Part shown: one piece after another, positions 63,882-64,000 of the stretch
How positions within the stretch are numbered: the first letter of the stretch is position 1
Layout: every line of letters begins with the position of its first letter
Source of the DNA: Owenia fusiformis
Taxonomy: Eukaryota
NCBI GenBank assembly: GCA_903813345.2
Contig: CAIIXF020000001.1
Span: 21,018,001 to 21,082,000, forward strand
Length of the DNA: 64,000 nt
Direction: 5' to 3'
The notes under the pieces: generated by a model
Told to the model about the DNA's origin: nothing
Databases searched by the model: none
The model's input: only the letters and a program-made list of their open reading frames with translations
Program-made: the position numbers and the translations under genes

Positions 63882-64000
63882 TACACAAGACATCATCTCT
63901 TATGTAATAGATGATATGTGCAGGGTGATTCAGAAGTAACGTCAAAGGTGTTGCCATTTCACATGAGGTTACCATAGTTACCATAAATTCAACCAATCAA

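Overview
AT-rich, intron-rich animal genomic DNA (invertebrate, probably lophotrochozoan; this is inference) with GT-AG introns. Protein-coding genes reconstructed by hand are: the 3' part of SLC38A9 (+), with two equal-length duplicated exons that look mutually exclusive; an intronless C-type-lectin/discoidin receptor, probably nested antisense in an SLC38A9 intron; a 4-exon theta-class GST nested antisense in another SLC38A9 intron; DNAI3/WDR63 (-, 19 coding exons); ASF1 (-); AARSD1 (-); and, head-to-head with AARSD1, MBD5/6-like (+, with a 6.3-kb exon, running off the window). A tRNA-Cys(GCA) lies between DNAI3 and ASF1. Introns hold many DNA transposons: an apparently intact ~4.95-kb element with a spliced DDD transposase, several TA-flanked Tc1/mariner deletion derivatives, two Helentron/DINE-type elements, a TTAA element nested in a MITE, and minisatellites. 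Most interesting: (1) the swappable TM6 exon pair of SLC38A9; (2) three sequence-dissimilar ~1.05-kb TA-flanked elements that each carry an RFX X-box palindrome 148-151 bp inside both ends; (3) a C-type lectin domain split by an inserted discoidin domain; (4) the potentially active transposon in the MBD5 leader intron. Gene identities rest on recalled protein motifs, not database searches.
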